Positions 63,245 through 64,000 of a stretch of 64,000 bases of DNA are shown here, in pieces (position 1 is the stretch's first letter; every line of letters begins with the position of its first letter). Under the pieces are notes generated by a model. It was not told where the DNA came from. It saw nothing but the letters and a program-made list of their open reading frames with translations, and did not search any database. The stretch is taken from the NCBI GenBank assembly GCA_011109175.1, contig RDEW01000041.1:124001-188000 (forward strand), given 5' to 3'. Both the position numbers and the translations under genes were made by a program. The DNA comes from Dicyema japonicum (taxonomy: Eukaryota; Animalia; Dicyemida).

Positions 63245-63576
63245 ATAAAAAATAACAGAAGGTAATGTTTCCATTACTTAAACTTCACCTTAGGCAGAAC
63301 TCTCATTTTATTTTGAGAAGTAAGAACAGTAATGATAATTAATTAATCCAAGGCATTGAAAGGGTTCTTGACTTCACGTTCTTTTCTTTTTGTTTTTGCG
63401 TGAGTTCCAGGAGACAATCCAGTTCTGCAGTGATGAAACACCAATGACGGCATCACTCATCAACCAAAAAGCATCATAGATGCCTGAAACCTTCAACCGA
63501 ATAAACAACAGCGAGATTCGAACCGGAGACCTCGTGATTTGGTCCGGAACTTAATACACTGAGCCACAAGATCACC
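63245..63576 (-). mobile_element. tRNA-headed SINE family 1 copy with a third type of 3' tail
   Basis: Head GGTGATCTTGTGGCTCAGTG..GGTTCGAATCTCGC (A and B boxes), followed by the core shared with 36374-36691. Confidence 0.82.
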
Positions 63577-64000
63577 GCAGATGGCCAAAAAATTATTTAT
63601 TATTGATACAAAATCAAATTTGTTATAAAATCTTTATAATAGTGAATTTCTAAATATATTTTAATATATATTTAAATAAATGGAAATTTAAAATATAATT
63701 AATACAATTGCGTTTATCATTTCTAGTGATGCATAATTTCGTAAACCGAGTCAACAATCTTTTTACCATTTTTATATACACCAGTCTATCTTGTTGTTTT
63801 GTGTACTTTATTACTTTACATAACATTGATTTTAAGACGAACACTGATTTTAAAGTTCAGAATATCAAATTGTAAATTCACTGATAATTTAGAATTAACA
63901 AAGTGTATTGGAGTGATTTTGTTAAACTTAGTTTTGACATAAAAACAGGTTTTTGCTGTTTTGATTGTAGACTTTACTGATTTGTTCAGTCATTGGAACA

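Noticed and set aside
63505-63576. Possible tRNA gene on the minus strand
   Set aside because: A and B boxes are present, but there is no convincing acceptor stem, and the sequence runs directly into the SINE family 1 core. Treated as a SINE head.
1-64000. Ciliate or nucleomorph origin, or an alternative genetic code, suggested by the tiny introns
   Set aside because: TAA, TAG and TGA each terminate conserved genes and do not interrupt clean exons. The abundant TEs and metazoan-like proteins do not fit a nucleomorph.

Overview
AT-rich eukaryotic genomic DNA using the standard genetic code (TAA, TAG and TGA all act as stops). Host genes are split by ultra-short GT-AG introns, almost all 19-30 nt, so the supplied ORF track misses or fragments nearly every real gene. 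The proteins look metazoan and very divergent. My inference, not proven, is a dicyemid-like or similarly reduced parasitic animal. Host genes reconstructed by hand: eIF4A-III (5' partial), a BAHD1-like BAH protein, mitochondrial ICT1/mL62 lacking its GGQ catalytic loop, mitochondrial PNPase (16 micro-introns), DPAGT1/ALG7, a ZER1/ZYG11-like LRR-ARM gene, an IMD/I-BAR gene and an unprocessed RPS8 pseudogene. Most of the rest is nested, decayed mobile DNA: APE-type LINEs (RTE-like and others), CRE-like and R4/Dong-like RLE retroelements, a Ty3/gypsy relic, several hATs, IS630/Tc1-like elements with 21-bp-array TIRs, a piggyBac derivative, a pogo-type fragment and MITE, two SINE-like families, and a Ginger/TDD-type integrase transposon with both ends intact. 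The most notable results are (1) DNA transposons of several unrelated superfamilies carrying host-sized micro-introns in their transposase genes, (2) an intact but apparently catalytically dead ICT1/mL62, and (3) a SINE family with a conserved core and exchanged 3' tails, one tail shared with a local LINE. Several frameshifts in otherwise conserved genes fall in homopolymer or short-repeat runs and are probably assembly errors. All family assignments come from motif recognition by eye; no searches were run.
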